A stretch of 64,000 bases of DNA from Felis catus (taxonomy: Eukaryota). This document shows, piece after piece, positions 24,800 to 37,586 of the stretch. The first letter of the stretch is position 1. Each line of letters starts with the position of its first letter. The DNA is taken from the NCBI RefSeq assembly GCF_018350175.1, contig NC_058368.1, positions 21,268,001-21,332,000 on the forward strand. Direction: 5' to 3'. The position numbers were made by a program, and so were the translations under genes. The notes beneath the pieces are model-generated. The model was given only the letters and a program-made list of their open reading frames with translations. It was not told where the DNA came from and did no database searches.

Positions 24800-27400
24800 A
24801 CATCACAGGACACATCAGTTGCCTGCATTTTTTCACCTCCTACTCACTTCCCAACTCATTCCAATTTACTCCACACTTAATACTCCACCAAAACAACTTT
24901 TATTAGGGCCACCAAGACCTGAGATGCTCATGTGTCCAGACCTTGTCTTACTAGATTTCTCAGCAGCAGTTGACCCTGAAGACCACTCCTCCCTCAAAGC
25001 CCTCTCTTCCTTTAATTGCACTGATGTCACTCCCCTGGTTTTCCTCCCAGCTCTTTGCTGCTTCTCCTCACTCTCCTTTCATAGCTCTTTCCTCTCTGAC
25101 TGGCCTTTACATGTTGGAGTTATTCAATGAAAGCTCACTTTTCTTCTCACTCTATATCCCTTCCCTGTGTCATCATTTCCACATCCATGGCCACTACTCT
25201 GCACAATGCCAGGAAACACTGTGCCCACTATGGTCTGTGTAAATGGCTTGTCCCTTGAATTGTAAAATACATGGCTCATTTGGTCATAAGTGCAGTTCTC
25301 TCCACTCCTTTGGCTTTAATTACCATCCATACATCCATACATGATCTCAAAATGTCTGTCTTAGGCCAGACAACGATGAAACTCAAATCCACATATACAA
25401 CTGACTACTTGAGATCCATGTGTTCAGTCCCAAACTGAACCCATGCTCTTCCAGGATAAATCTTTCAGCCTTCCTTATCTTGATAATGGTGCTAGCACCC
25501 ATCAGGTTGCCCAACCTAGAGCCTGGAAGGGACGCCTGGAAGGCATCCTTGTCCCTTCCCCCTCTGGTGCCATCAATAAATTATCTGTTTCATGTTTGTT
25601 ATGTGTCTCCTTCCATCATAAGCCCTTTGAATATTGGAATCTCTCTTGACATCACATCTCCAGAGCTAGAGGGATGTCTGTCATGTAACAGTTGTTGAAT
25701 GAAATAATGAAGTCTTGCTGATTTTACCATCTATCTCTTAAGTCATCTTCTTCACCACTCAGCACCCTTGCCCAGGTTGCTTCCTCAGGCTCCCCCACTT
25801 TTCTTATTTAATGCCTATTCATCTTTCAAATCTCAACTCAATATCACTCCCTCAATATCAATCCCTCACTCCCTCAAATATCAGCTTTCTCTGATGTCCC
25901 CAACTGGGCCAGGGCCCTTCAGATGCCACCATAGCTCTTATTACCCAATACTTCTTGCCTTATCTGTTCTTCACATTTTTATCTTTTGTCCAACCTCAAT
26001 CTAAATCATTCTTCCATTTTCCATTACCTCAAAATTATTTCTGAATTCATCCAAGAAAGTACCAAATCCCAGGTATTGAACTAGGTGCTAAGATTCCAAG
26101 AGAATAAATGCTAACAAGTAGCTCAGAGAAGGATAGGAGACAAAGATATATAAATATATATCATACAGTATGCAATACCTGAAAAAATAGAGCTATATAC
26201 AAAGAAGCAAGAGAGCACAGCAGAAAAAAATGATTAATCCCATCCAGTTGGGGGTAGCCAGAAAAGTCTCACTGAGTGGGTTTTGTAAGCAGATCTTCCA
26301 CTCTTACTTCCTCACAGACTACTCCTATATTCAGAGTATTCATGAATATTGTTTATGTTTTCAATATTTTCTTTTCACTCAACAACCGTCAAAGTCAACT
26401 CTAGACAGCTTGAGTTTAGAAGACATTGCTGTCCACCTCCAAGGACTCCCCTTTCTGTGGACTTGGAATACCCTTAAATGTCTCCATTTTCCTTCATTTC
26501 TGCTCATTCTCCCCACCCTATTCTTTCTTTAAAACATAATCTACTGCACTCACTCCCACTAATGTGTTGTAAGTTACATCTTCTTAGAGTAGGTAAATCT
26601 TACCAGAGGCCCTTGAAAGAAATTGCTACCCTAAGAAATGAGTCTCCATATATGGGTGGAAGTCTGCTCCAAACCCTTTAATTTACAGCAACAGGCAAGA
26701 CCTTGTATTCTGCCTGTAAGTAAGGCCAACATTGCCAAAACAAACATGACTTTCCAACTTTGCTAATTGTGTGTGCTTCTTGGGTTACTTCTTTTTCCAG
26801 CAAATATGTGAGCAACTTGAAATGATCATCACACTTGACTTTTGCAAAAGAACATTACCTGTTGTGAAAGATATTATATTTCAAGGAAAATCCAACAACA
26901 CTCAGCTCATCTCTGACATTTGCCTGGACTGTTCATCCCTTCTGCTCATGCTTGGCCAACTCCTATACTTCGTTTAGCCTCTGCTCAAACGTCGCTTCTT
27001 CTAGGAACCCTTTCTCTTCTCCTGACTCTAACCCTCATGGTAGTCTGTGCTTCCCCTTCCAGAATACCTACACATATGCAATCACTTGTTTAATTTTCAT
27101 AAAAGATGGGTCTGTCTGGTTTTCAGCTATATCCCCTGGGCTTAACACAGTGGCTGGTACATAGAAGGTCCTCAAAGCCAGTATTTATTGAATTGAACTG
27201 CTATCTCTGTGCCTTCTACATGCTGCTTCTGCTACAGCCATCACACTACATTGTAATTTATTTGTTTTCATGTCTGTCTACTCCCCTTCACATGAAGTCA
27301 CTTCAAAGAAATCATAAATTATTTATTTTTTAATTCCCAGAGTCTAAGACATTGCTGGGGCCCTCAATAAATGTGGAAATAAGAAAAGAAGGAAGGAAGA
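24800..27400 (+). mobile_element. Cluster of L2 fragments (mostly plus; one antisense at about 26040-26290) with unique spacers
   Basis: Pyrimidine-rich L2 phrases (tcagcagcagttgaccct..., ggctttaattaccatc, ttattgaattgaa termini); approximate. Confidence 0.65.
26604..26630 (-). other. Possible 27-nt microexon
   Basis: Acceptor actcatttcttag| and donor CTG|gtaagat; length divisible by 3. Could be chance. Confidence 0.25.
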
Positions 27401-27474
27401 AAAGAGGGAAGGAGAGAAATCTCACTGGTTGACATATCCACAAGTCCAGTAAGGTCTTAATAATATCCAACCTA

Positions 27475-27691
27475 GGGCGCCTGGGTGGCGCAGTCGGTTA
27501 AGCGTCCGACTTCAGCCAGGTCACGATCTCGCGGTCCGGGAGTTCGAGCCCCGCGTCGGGCTCTGGGCTGATGGCTCAGAGCCTGGAACCTGTTTCCGAT
27601 TCTGTGTCTCCCTCTCTCTCTGCCCCTCCCCCGTTCGTGCTCTGTCTCTCTCTGTCCCAAAAATAAATAAACGTTGAAAAAAAAATTTAAA

Positions 27692-27715
<24 letters not shown>
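27475..27715 (+). mobile_element. Can-SINE (very young felid subfamily) with (AAT)n tail
   Basis: CpG-rich near-consensus body; TSD AATAATATCCAACCTA at 27459-27474 and 27716-27731. Confidence 0.98.
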
Positions 27716-27722
<7 letters not shown>

Positions 27723-28060
27723 TCCAACCTATACGTCCATAGGGAACCACAACAAACATTGTAAAAGCAGAGAATCAAATTTTCAGTTTTTGAAGACTTG
27801 AATATCCAGAAAAACATCCTATTTCTTAAAAGCTTATTTAGTCAGCATGTTTGCCAAGACCTATAGCATTCTGATTGCCCTTCTTGCAAAAAGAGAAGGA
27901 AAACCTAACATTTCTGAGCACTTGCTTTGTGGTGCTTTATATACAACATAGTTAGTTCAGCAACAGCCTAACTGATATTCATTGAGTTGCTACTATGTAC
28001 CATGCACATGACCCTGGGGATCAAATATTTACAGTATATATTTTTAAAATATGACTCCTA

Positions 28061-28288
28061 GGGGGCGCCTGGGTGGCTCAGTCGGTTAAGCGTCCGACTT
28101 CGGCTCAGGTCATGATCTCGCGGTCCGTGAGTTCCAGCTCCGTGTCGGGCTCTGTGCTGACTGCTCGGAGCCTGGAGCCCGTTTCGGATTCTGTGTCTCC
28201 CTCTCTCTCTGACCCTCCCCTGTTCATGCTCTGTCTCTCTCTGTCTCAAAAATAAATAAACGTTAAAAAAAATTTTCTTTTTAAAAAT
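28061..28288 (+). mobile_element. Can-SINE (young felid type)
   Basis: TSD AAAATATGACTCCTAGG on both sides. Confidence 0.98.
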
Positions 28289-29333
28289 AAAATATGACTC
28301 CTAGGACTGAACACAGTATTTCTATTGTGTTCCAACCGATACAGGGGTTTGGGTTGCACTATCTCTATTACTTCAGCCTAGGATTCAACTAGACCATTTC
28401 ACAGCTACAGACTTTGTGTTGCCTCACCCAGTGCTTACAGTTAACAAACTCCCCTCTAACACCTTTTTAGTTTAAACACCCTCAGGTCAGGTTTTCCCCA
28501 GCCTGGACCAAGTCAATTGATTTCAAAGTACAAACTGAATACTTCACGCTTTTTTACTTTATACTGGTTTCACCATCTCTCAAGCCTGTCAAAAATGTTT
28601 AATTCTTGATTATATCATCAAATATATAAGAGTGGCAGCCTGAGACCACAAAGTGACCTTCAGCAAGTCTCTTAACTTCTCTGAACAGGACTACCATGTT
28701 GAACAACTCCAGAGACCCCATTTACCCCGCAGTCAAACAGCACCTATACAAATTGCCCCTCCTCATGTTGGACAGTGGCACAGGCTTGGGATCTGCCATT
28801 GCTCATCGATCAAATCAGTAGGTTAGAACAAAACCTCATTCTGTAATTTGGGGTCATGTACACCTTTGATAAATATTCCTTCTATGCTTTATCCAATTTA
28901 CTGATAAAATTACTGACTATAAGCAAAATACAGAGAAATATGTGTAGATCCCAGGTCTCACTTTGTGTTCTTGAGAGGCTTCTTTAACTAGGTCAACAGT
29001 CATCCTTCACTTCCTTTTCAAGCACTATAGGTCTTCAAAAGTGTGGAAGACAGCAAATTGCCACTTCCTTGTCACACTGAGCAAAATCCTCATGAGCTAT
29101 GATGTATAACAACATGAAATACATATTCTGAAAGTCCCTAAAAGAAAAAAGCTGATTGACAATTCATCTTGTCAACCAAGAAAATTAAAAAAAAAACTGA
29201 AAGTTACTGATATCTGGCATTGTGATCTATTATGTGCCTTTCTCTTTTGGTTTTGCCTAGGCTGACATCCATAATCGTGAAACATGACTGGCTGGCTGAT
29301 CCTGACAAGACAGGGAAATTCCATGCAACATAC

Positions 29334-29391
29334 CGCTGGTAGAAGATGAAACCAATAATACTATGTTTCTTTATGTTACCAATTCTATCTC
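29334..29391 (-). other. Candidate exon (58 nt), open frame DRIGNIKKHSIIGFIFYQ(R) (phase 1-2)
   Basis: Acceptor cctaaattactacccattttcag| and donor AGCG|gtatgt. Confidence 0.45.
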
Positions 29392-29724
29392 CTGAAAATG
29401 GGTAGTAATTTAGGAAATACCTCAATGAAAGGAAATGTTATAAACATTTTATTACTTATAAAAGTCAAAACGTAGCATGTGTAAAAGCCCTGCTTGCAGT
29501 GGGCAAGAGCTTAGTGAGTTCAAGAAACTGAAAGAAACCAAAGTGGTAAGAGCATAGCAGGCAAGGAGAAGAGTGGTGGAAGATAAGTCGGGAGGGACCA
29601 GATCATACAGATTTGTAGGCCATGTCAAGGATTTGGGGCTTTATCCCAAGTGTGACTGAATATTATTGTCCAACAGTAGAGAAAGGGGTTAGTAAATATG
29701 GTTATAGCAATACTACAGACTACC

Positions 29725-30025
29725 CATCACTGATTTCCAAAGTGTGTTCTAAAAACTTATCTGTGGAGCAGATGTTTCACTCTGTATTTTTTATCAGTTT
29801 CATGTTAAAATTAATTTGAAGAAAATGTGTCATGTTCTCATCTTTTACCTTAAAGCAAGATTTCTCAAGATTTCTTCTTTGAGAAATCCTACAGTAAAGG
29901 AATGTGTTCATTTTCACAACTTTGCAAACTTATTTGACCTCAGAGATGTTTTATTTTCCCCAACATCTGTTAAAATTCCAAGAAACTACCATTTGTGAAA
30001 CATCTTTTGGTAAATATCACTATCC
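29725..30025. mobile_element. Probable hAT-Charlie non-autonomous DNA transposon relic
   Basis: cactgatttccaaagtgtgtt at the start and ...ttttggtaaatatcact at the end resemble degenerate Charlie termini. Confidence 0.45.
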
Positions 30026-31788
30026 ATCCATTTTAAAGGATCATATAGAAAGTATACATAAAACTGAAAAATATCCCATGATTACAAGTATATAAAAATA
30101 GAATGCATATGAAGGTAATAGGCAACAATTAAAATATATGTTACTTAGGGGGAAGAGTTAAGATGGCAGACAAGTAGGGGGACCCTGGGCTGTCCTCATC
30201 CCTCAAATACAGCTATATTGAGGTCAGATCACTTGGAACACCCAGGAAATCTATCTGCGAAGTGGCAGAAGGATCTCCCGAGTCGGAGGGAGGCAAGGTG
30301 GCAGATGCGAGGCTTACTTCAACATATCAAATGTCCATACCTCACATGTTCAAACACTCACCACTGTAAGCAAGGGGGAGCTCTGCAGAGGACTGGCCAG
30401 TGGGAAAGAGCAGCCAAAACACAGCAGCAGAATGCACATAGCATACACCAGAAATACTTCCTGAAGTGCCAGGCCCTAGACAGTGTATGGCCCTTTTCAA
30501 TACAGCAGTCCTCTCAGGTGCAGAAAATATAACTAGCTTTTAAAACACACAAAAGACAGAAACTTGGGCAAAATGACAAGATGGAGGAATTGTCCCCAAA
30601 AGAAAGTCAAGAAGAAATCACTGCCAGTGACTTGCTCAAAACAGATATAAGGAATATATCTGAACAAGAATATAGAATAACAGGCATAAAACAAAGCTGG
30701 GTTTGGAACAAAAGCACAGAAGACACCAGAGAAACCCTTGCTGCAGAGATCAAAGACCTAAAAACTAATCAGGCTTATATGAAAAATGTAATAACTGAGA
30801 TGCAAAACTGACTGGAAACAGTCACAATGAGGACTGAAGAAGCAGAGGAGAGAATAGGTGAAATAGAAGATAAAATTATGGAAAATAAGGAAGCTGAAAA
30901 AAGAGGGAGAGGAAAATTATTAGATCACAAGGGGAGACTCAGAGAGCTTAGTGATACCATAAAACAAAACAACATCCATATCAGAGGGTTCCAGAAGAAG
31001 AAGAGCAGGAAAAAGGGGCAGAAGGTTTATTTGAACAAATTATAGCTGAGAACTTCCCTAATCTGGGGAAGAAAACAGGCATTCAAGTTCAGGAGGCACA
31101 GAGAACCGACATCAAAATCAACAAAAACAGGTCAACACCATGACATATCACAGTAGAACTTGCAAAATACAAAAACGAAGAGAGAATTCTGAAGGCAGCT
31201 AGGGACCAAAGGTCCTTAACCTCAAGGTAGACACATAAGATTAGCAACAGACCTGTCCACTGAAATTTGGCAGGCCAGAAGGGAGCGGCAGGAAATATCT
31301 GATGTGCCGAATGAGAAAAATAGGCAGCCAAGAATTCTTTATCTAGCAAGGATGTCATTCAGAATAGGAGAAATAAAGAGTTTCCCAGACAAACAAAAAC
31401 TAAAGGAGCTAGTGATCACTAAACCAGCCCTGCAAGAAATTTTAAGGGGGACTCTCTGAGTGGAAAAATAAAAGACCAAAGCAACAAAGACTACAAACGA
31501 CCAGACAACATCACCAGAAACACCAACTCTAGAGGTAATGTAGAGTAATGACACTAAATTCATATCTTTCAATAATCACTTTGAATGTAAATGGACTAAA
31601 TGCTCCAATCAAAAGACATAGGGTATCAGAATGGATACTTACTCTATGAAGTCAACATTACCTTGATTCCAAAACCAGACAGAGACCCCACTAAAAAGGA
31701 CAATTACAAGCCAACATCCCCAATGAACCTGGATGCAAAAATTCTTAACAAGATACTTGCAAATCAAATTCAACAGTACATTAAGAGA

Positions 31789-31996
31789 GGGGCACCTGGG
31801 TGGCTCAGTTGGTTAAGTGTCCAACTTTAGCTCAGGTCATGACCTCGTGGTTTGTGAGGTCAAGCCCCCCTCCACCCACCACCCCCATGTCAGGCTCTGT
31901 GCTGACAGCTCAGAGCCTGGAGCCTGCTTCAGATACTGGGTCTCCCTCTCTCTCTGTCCCTTCCCTACTTGCACAATGTCTCTCCCTCTCTGTCTC

Positions 31997-32025
<29 letters not shown>
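31789..32025 (+). mobile_element. Can-SINE nested in L1 ORF2, (AAAAC)n tail
   Basis: TSD aacagtacattaa(g/a)aga. Confidence 0.95.
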
Positions 32026-32027
<2 letters not shown>

Positions 32028-33994
32028 CAGTACATTAAAAGAATTACTCACTATGATCAAGTGGGATTTATTCCTGGGCTGCAGGGCTGGTTCAATACTC
32101 ACAAATGAATCATTGTGACACATCACATTAATAAAAGAAAGGATAAGAAGCATATGATCCTCTCAATAGATGCAGAAAAGCACTTGACAAAATACAACAT
32201 CCGTTCTTGATTTTTAAAAAAACACAAGAAACTAAGGATAAAAGGAACATATCTCAACATCATAAAGGTCATATATGAAAGACCCACAGCTAATATCATC
32301 CTCAAGTGGACTGGAAGTCCTAACCTCAGCAATCAGACAATAAAAAGAAATAAAAGGCATATAAAGTAGCAAGGAAGAAGTCAAACTTTCACTCTTTACA
32401 GATAACATGATACTCTACGTGGAAACCCAAAAGATTCCAGCCAAAAACTGCTAGAACTAATACGTGAATTCAGTAAAGTCACAGGATATAATATCAATGT
32501 ACAGAAATTGGTTGCATTTCTACACACCAATAATGAAGCAGAAGAAAGAGAAATCAAGGAATCAATCCCATTTACAATTCCATCAAAAAAACTATAAGAC
32601 ACCTAGGAATAAACATAACCAAAGAGGTAAAAGATCTGTACACTGAAAATTATAGAAAGCTTATGAAAGAAATTAAAGAAGACACAAAGAAATGGAGAAA
32701 CATTCTATGCTTGTGGATGAGAAGGAAAAATATTGTTAAAATGTCTATACTACCCAAAGCAATCTACACATTCAATACAACCCCTATCAAAAATAACACC
32801 AGCATTCTTCACAGAGGTAGAACAAACAATTCTAAAATTTGTATGGAACCTGAAAAGACCCTGAATAGCCAAAGTAATGTTGGAAAAAAACCAAAAAACA
32901 AAAACAAAAACAACAAAAAAAAAACAAAGCTGGAGGCATCACAATTCCGAACTTCAAGCTGTATTACAAAGCTATAATCATCAAGATAGTATGGTACTGA
33001 CACAAAAACAGACACATAGATCAATGGAACAGAATAGATAACCCAGAAATGGACCCACAAATGGCCAACTAATCTTTGACAAAGCAGGAAAGAATATCCA
33101 ATGGAAAAAAGACAGTCTCTTCAACAAATGGTGCTGGGAAAACTGGACAGAGACATGCAGAAGAATGAACCTGGACCACTTTCTTACACCATACACAAAA
33201 ATAAACTCAAAATGGATAAAAGACCTAAATGTGAGACAGGAAACCATCAAAGTCCTACAAGAGAAAACAGACAGCAACCTCTTTGACCCTGGCCACAGCA
33301 ACTTCTTACAACACATGTCTCTGGAGGCAAGGGAAACAAAAGCAAAAATGAACTATTGGGATCTCATCAAGATGAAAAGCTTCTGCACAGTGAAGGAAAT
33401 AATCAACAAAACTAAAAGGAAACTGGCAGAATGGGAGAAGATATTTGAAAATGACATATCGGATAAAGGTTTAGTATCCAAAATTTATAGAGGATGTATC
33501 AAACTCAACACCCAAAATACAAATAATCCAGTGAAGAAAGGGGCAAAAGACATGAATAGATACTTTTCCAAAGAACACATCCAGATGGCTAACAGACACA
33601 TGAAAAGATGCTCAACATCACTCATTATCAGGGAAATAATAAATCAAAACCACAATGAGATACCACCTCGTACCTGTCAGAATAGCTAAAATGAACAACT
33701 CAGGAAACAACAGACGTTGGTGAGGATGCAGAGAAAGGGGAACACTTTTGCACTGTTGGCAGGAATGCAAACTGGTACAGCCACTCTAGAAAACAGTACG
33801 GAGGTTCCTCAAAAAATTCAAAATAGAACTACCCTGTGACCCAGCAATTGCACTATTAGGTATTTATCCAAAGTATACAAAAATGCTGATTCCAAGAGGC
33901 ACGTGCACCCCAACGTTCATAGCAGAACTATCAACAATAGCCAAATTATGGAAAGAGCCCAAATGTCCATCAACTGACGTATGGATAAAGATGT

Positions 33995-33995
<1 letters not shown>

Positions 33996-34043
<48 letters not shown>
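33996..34043. repeat. (TG)n, about 24 units, within L1
   Basis: Read directly from the sequence. Confidence 0.95.
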
Positions 34044-34046
<3 letters not shown>

Positions 34047-34987
34047 GAATATTACTCAGTGATCAAGAAGAATGAAATCTTGCAATTTGCAACAACTTGG
34101 ATGAAACTACAGTGTATTATGCTAAGTGAAATTAGTTAGTCAGAAAATAAATGATTTCACTCATATGTGAAACTTAAGAAACACAACAGATGAATATAGG
34201 GGAAGGGAAGGAAAAATAAGATAAAAACAGAAAGGGAGGCAAACCATAAGAGACTCTTAAATACAGAGAGCAAACTGAGCATTGCTGGAAGGAACGTGGT
34301 GGGGGGACAGGCTAAATGGGTGAAGGGCATTAAGGAGGGTACTTGTTGGGATGAGCACTCAGTGTTATATGGAAATGATGAATCACTCTTCAAACCAGTG
34401 CTACTGTAGCAAGAGTGCTACTCTTGAAACCAGTGCTACACTGTATGTTGACTAACTTGAATTTCAATACATGTATCTGTTATTCAGGATGAAAGATTGA
34501 TCAGTGGTTTTATTTCTCAATTAAGTCTTTCTTAGTTATGAGATGATAGCATATTTTCCATTAAAAATTATAAAATAGCATAAAGTTATGAAAGCCATAT
34601 ATTTTTAAATGTATTTGAAGTTTTGCCAATGCAATCAATCCATGGGCTGCTTCACAAATTTCACCTCATTAGAGTGCCTAGAGACTATTCAAGCTATGTT
34701 TTTTGACAGAGGAAAAAAAAACAGTCATCTTAATACTAGTTCTAATCCCCTTGCTGGCAGGTTGATCTAATTAACATCTCTTAATTGGATGAATTAATTT
34801 AAACTAAAACACAGTTTGATTCAAACCATGTTGAACTATAGACATCCTTCATAGGATTCATGGAATCTTATGAATTTCCCTCCAATCCCATTACTACCCA
34901 TAAGGCCTTTTCAAGGAGTATTTCATATACATAGATCAAAGCTTTTTAACACTTTAGTGTTGGGGCCAGAAATTAAATCCTGTGTTT

Positions 34988-35500
34988 TCATTCATTCATT
35001 CATTCAACAAACATTTACCAAGAGCACTAGACTATGGCTAAGGACATTTAAAAAAAAAAAAACTCAAAAAGACAAAAGCCTTATCCACAATGAATTCTCA
35101 AAAGGTAATATAGACATGCAAAAAAAAAAGTAATACAGAACAAATACTCCAATTGTGTTATATATTGGCATACTGTTAGTACAAAAAAGAGGGAAGACAG
35201 CCCTTCCTAGAATCAGGAGAATGGGTTAGAAAGGCTTCAAAGAGGATGAGATGTTTGAGCCACATCTTCAAAAATGAGCATGAGTTTGCCAGGCAAATGA
35301 GGTTGGAAACACTTTAGATAGAGAAGAACATGTAGAAAATACAGAACATGTGATCCAGAACAAGTACGAGTTGGGACATAATAATAGGGCGGAGGGAAAC
35401 CTTCCACAGAGCCATCACATAAGAGAAAAATCAAAGTAACTATAAGTTTGGATTTTAGATGGCAGCACCCAGTATAAAACAAGAGCAGACTCAGAGAACT
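34988..35500 (-). mobile_element. L2 3' end
   Basis: ttcattcattcattcaacaaacattta terminus. Confidence 0.75.
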
Positions 35501-35942
35501 AAGGGGGAAGGTTCAAACTGCAGTTAATTGAAGAGTGAATGAAGGTCTCAGGAATCCTACTCAGTAGACCCAGTCATATGTGGGGCAACATTTGGTCAAG
35601 TGATAATCTTAATTCATGTAAGAACTTAGTGCTTCTGAGGGGATTCTGTAGTGCATGTAATGATAGCAAAATATATTTTGTAACTCTGGACTTCTGACGT
35701 GTAGCATTGACAGAATATAAAGTGTAGATAATTCTTATGATTTCACCCAGTTCAACTTTCACTTTGTTAAAAATAATAGCACTTGATGAAGTTCAAGAGG
35801 GCCGCATAGGAAGATCCTAACTCACCTCCTTCCACAGACACACCAATAATCTACAGCTACGTATGGATCAAGTCCTTCTGAAAAAATATCGGAAAACCAG
35901 ATAAACTGCTGTCCACAACGAAGGATAAAAGGACCACCTCCA

Positions 35943-36155
35943 GGGGCGCCTAGGTGGCTCCAGTCGACTAAACCTCCAGCTTCGACTCAGGTCATGATCC
36001 CATGGTTCATGAGTTTGAGCCCCACACTGGGCTCTCTGCTGTTGGCATGGAGTCCACTTCAGATCCTATGTCCCCCTTTCTCTCTACCCCCACCCCCTGC
36101 TCAGCCTCTCACTCTCTCAAAAATAAATAAATAAACTTTGAAATTTAAAAAAAAT
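35943..36155 (+). mobile_element. Can-SINE nested in L1 5'UTR
   Basis: TSD aaaaggaccacctc. Confidence 0.93.
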
Positions 36156-36202
36156 GAAAAGGACCACCTCTGGAGAGGTAGGAGAGGCAGAGACATGGTC
36201 TC

Positions 36203-36240
<38 letters not shown>

Positions 36241-37586
36241 CCCATCCCCAGTACGGTGACACACAATAGGGAGAGATCCCACCAGACAGCTGCTCCTCCA
36301 GGAAAACAAGGGCTGATGCCCCACATTGGCACCCAGCAACTGGAATCTGCACCAAACAGACGAGACCCCAGAATGCCTGGCTTAGAAAATCGGCAGGGCT
36401 GATGTCCAGGAGCCCCAAATTTCTATAGGAAACTGAGATTCCCCTCTTGAAGGGCTCACCCTGAGAGCCAGCAGTAAAACATCATTTTGAAAAGTACCTA
36501 GATTATATGGAAGCAAGATTCATTTGCTGATCTGGCAGCATTGGCTTGAAGGATGGGGGACAGTGGAGATGCCCCCAAAGCTGGAGGCACTGGAGGACAC
36601 CAGTGTTGTACTCTCCACCAGCAGTTACAGTGCTTGCTGAGGCTGAAGAGGGTGGGGAGCACTCTCCTACCTCTTGGCTGAGGCAGGGAAGGACAATCAG
36701 TCACGGGGTTCTCCTGCTCCTAGCTAAAGTCTCCAAGCATGGGCAGTTGTGACATACCCCCAACCCCTGGCTGGGCTGGTGAGTGTGAACGGTCATGGCC
36801 TTCTCCCACTCCCAGCCTAAAGCTGCACACATACACAAACAAAGCACTCTCTCACTGCATGGCTGAAGCCCACATGCATAGTCAAGACATTTTCCCACTG
36901 CCTGTCTAAAGCCAGTGAGCATATCCCACCCTCTACACTTTCCAGCTGCCTTGCTAAAGCCAGTGGGTGCGGGCAATTCCCACAAAGGTCACCCCTGAAT
37001 CACCTGGCCTTGGTGGCCAAAAGGGCTAGCATTCCAGAGCTCCACGGGACTGTAACAATTGGAAAGACAGTTCTTGGCAGGCCATCACACCCAGGGCACT
37101 GCACAAATAGCAAATTGAAATACAACCCAGTGTTCCTGTGAAAAAAGCCTATTGACTCAGCCTAGAGCTTCAGCCAGAGGGACAGGCTTCAGGTTTCCCA
37201 CACATCTAGAGGCTAACGAGGTACTCCTAGGGAATTTAAGCAGGGAGACAAAATCTTTGCACACCTTTTGGCCTCACTACAGTTGGATGAAACTTACCAA
37301 AAAAAAAAAAAAAAAAAAAGCTTAAACACTCATCTGGAACCCTGATTCTTGCAACTGTCACCAAGGGTGCAGATTTCCTGATCCAGATCTCCCGGTCTGA
37401 AGGCCAGGAGGAATTGTGATTACATCCCCACAGGACTATATATATTTGCATACTTTAAAAGTTTCTACCTGAGGGTCTGACTTCCAATCAGTCTTTGAAA
37501 CTAGGTGCTAAATGACATCCCTCCTCTTGGATCACTGACAGGTTTTGGCACACCCTCAACAACAGGGACATATCAAGAATAAATCA

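Larger units (their letters stand above)
30148..34470 (+). mobile_element. Carnivore LINE-1 with 5' end, disrupted ORF1, internally deleted ORF2 and 3'UTR
   Basis: aagatggc 5' start; ORF1 fragments 30581-31045; ORF2 fragments ([33 protein letters not shown], 33165-33689 [22 protein letters not shown]); multiple stops and frameshifts. Confidence 0.97.

Noticed and set aside
29100..29391. KKHSIIGFIFYQR resembling the start of a C1 (phorbol-ester/DAG-binding) zinc finger, with a nearby acceptor reading GLSEYVFH
   Set aside because: I could not find exons supplying the required Cys-x2-Cys and His-x2-Cys residues; the resemblance is too weak to call without a profile search.
33165..33689. Longest ORF (174 aa) as a host gene
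   Set aside because: It is the C-terminal part of L1 ORF2 within a disrupted element.
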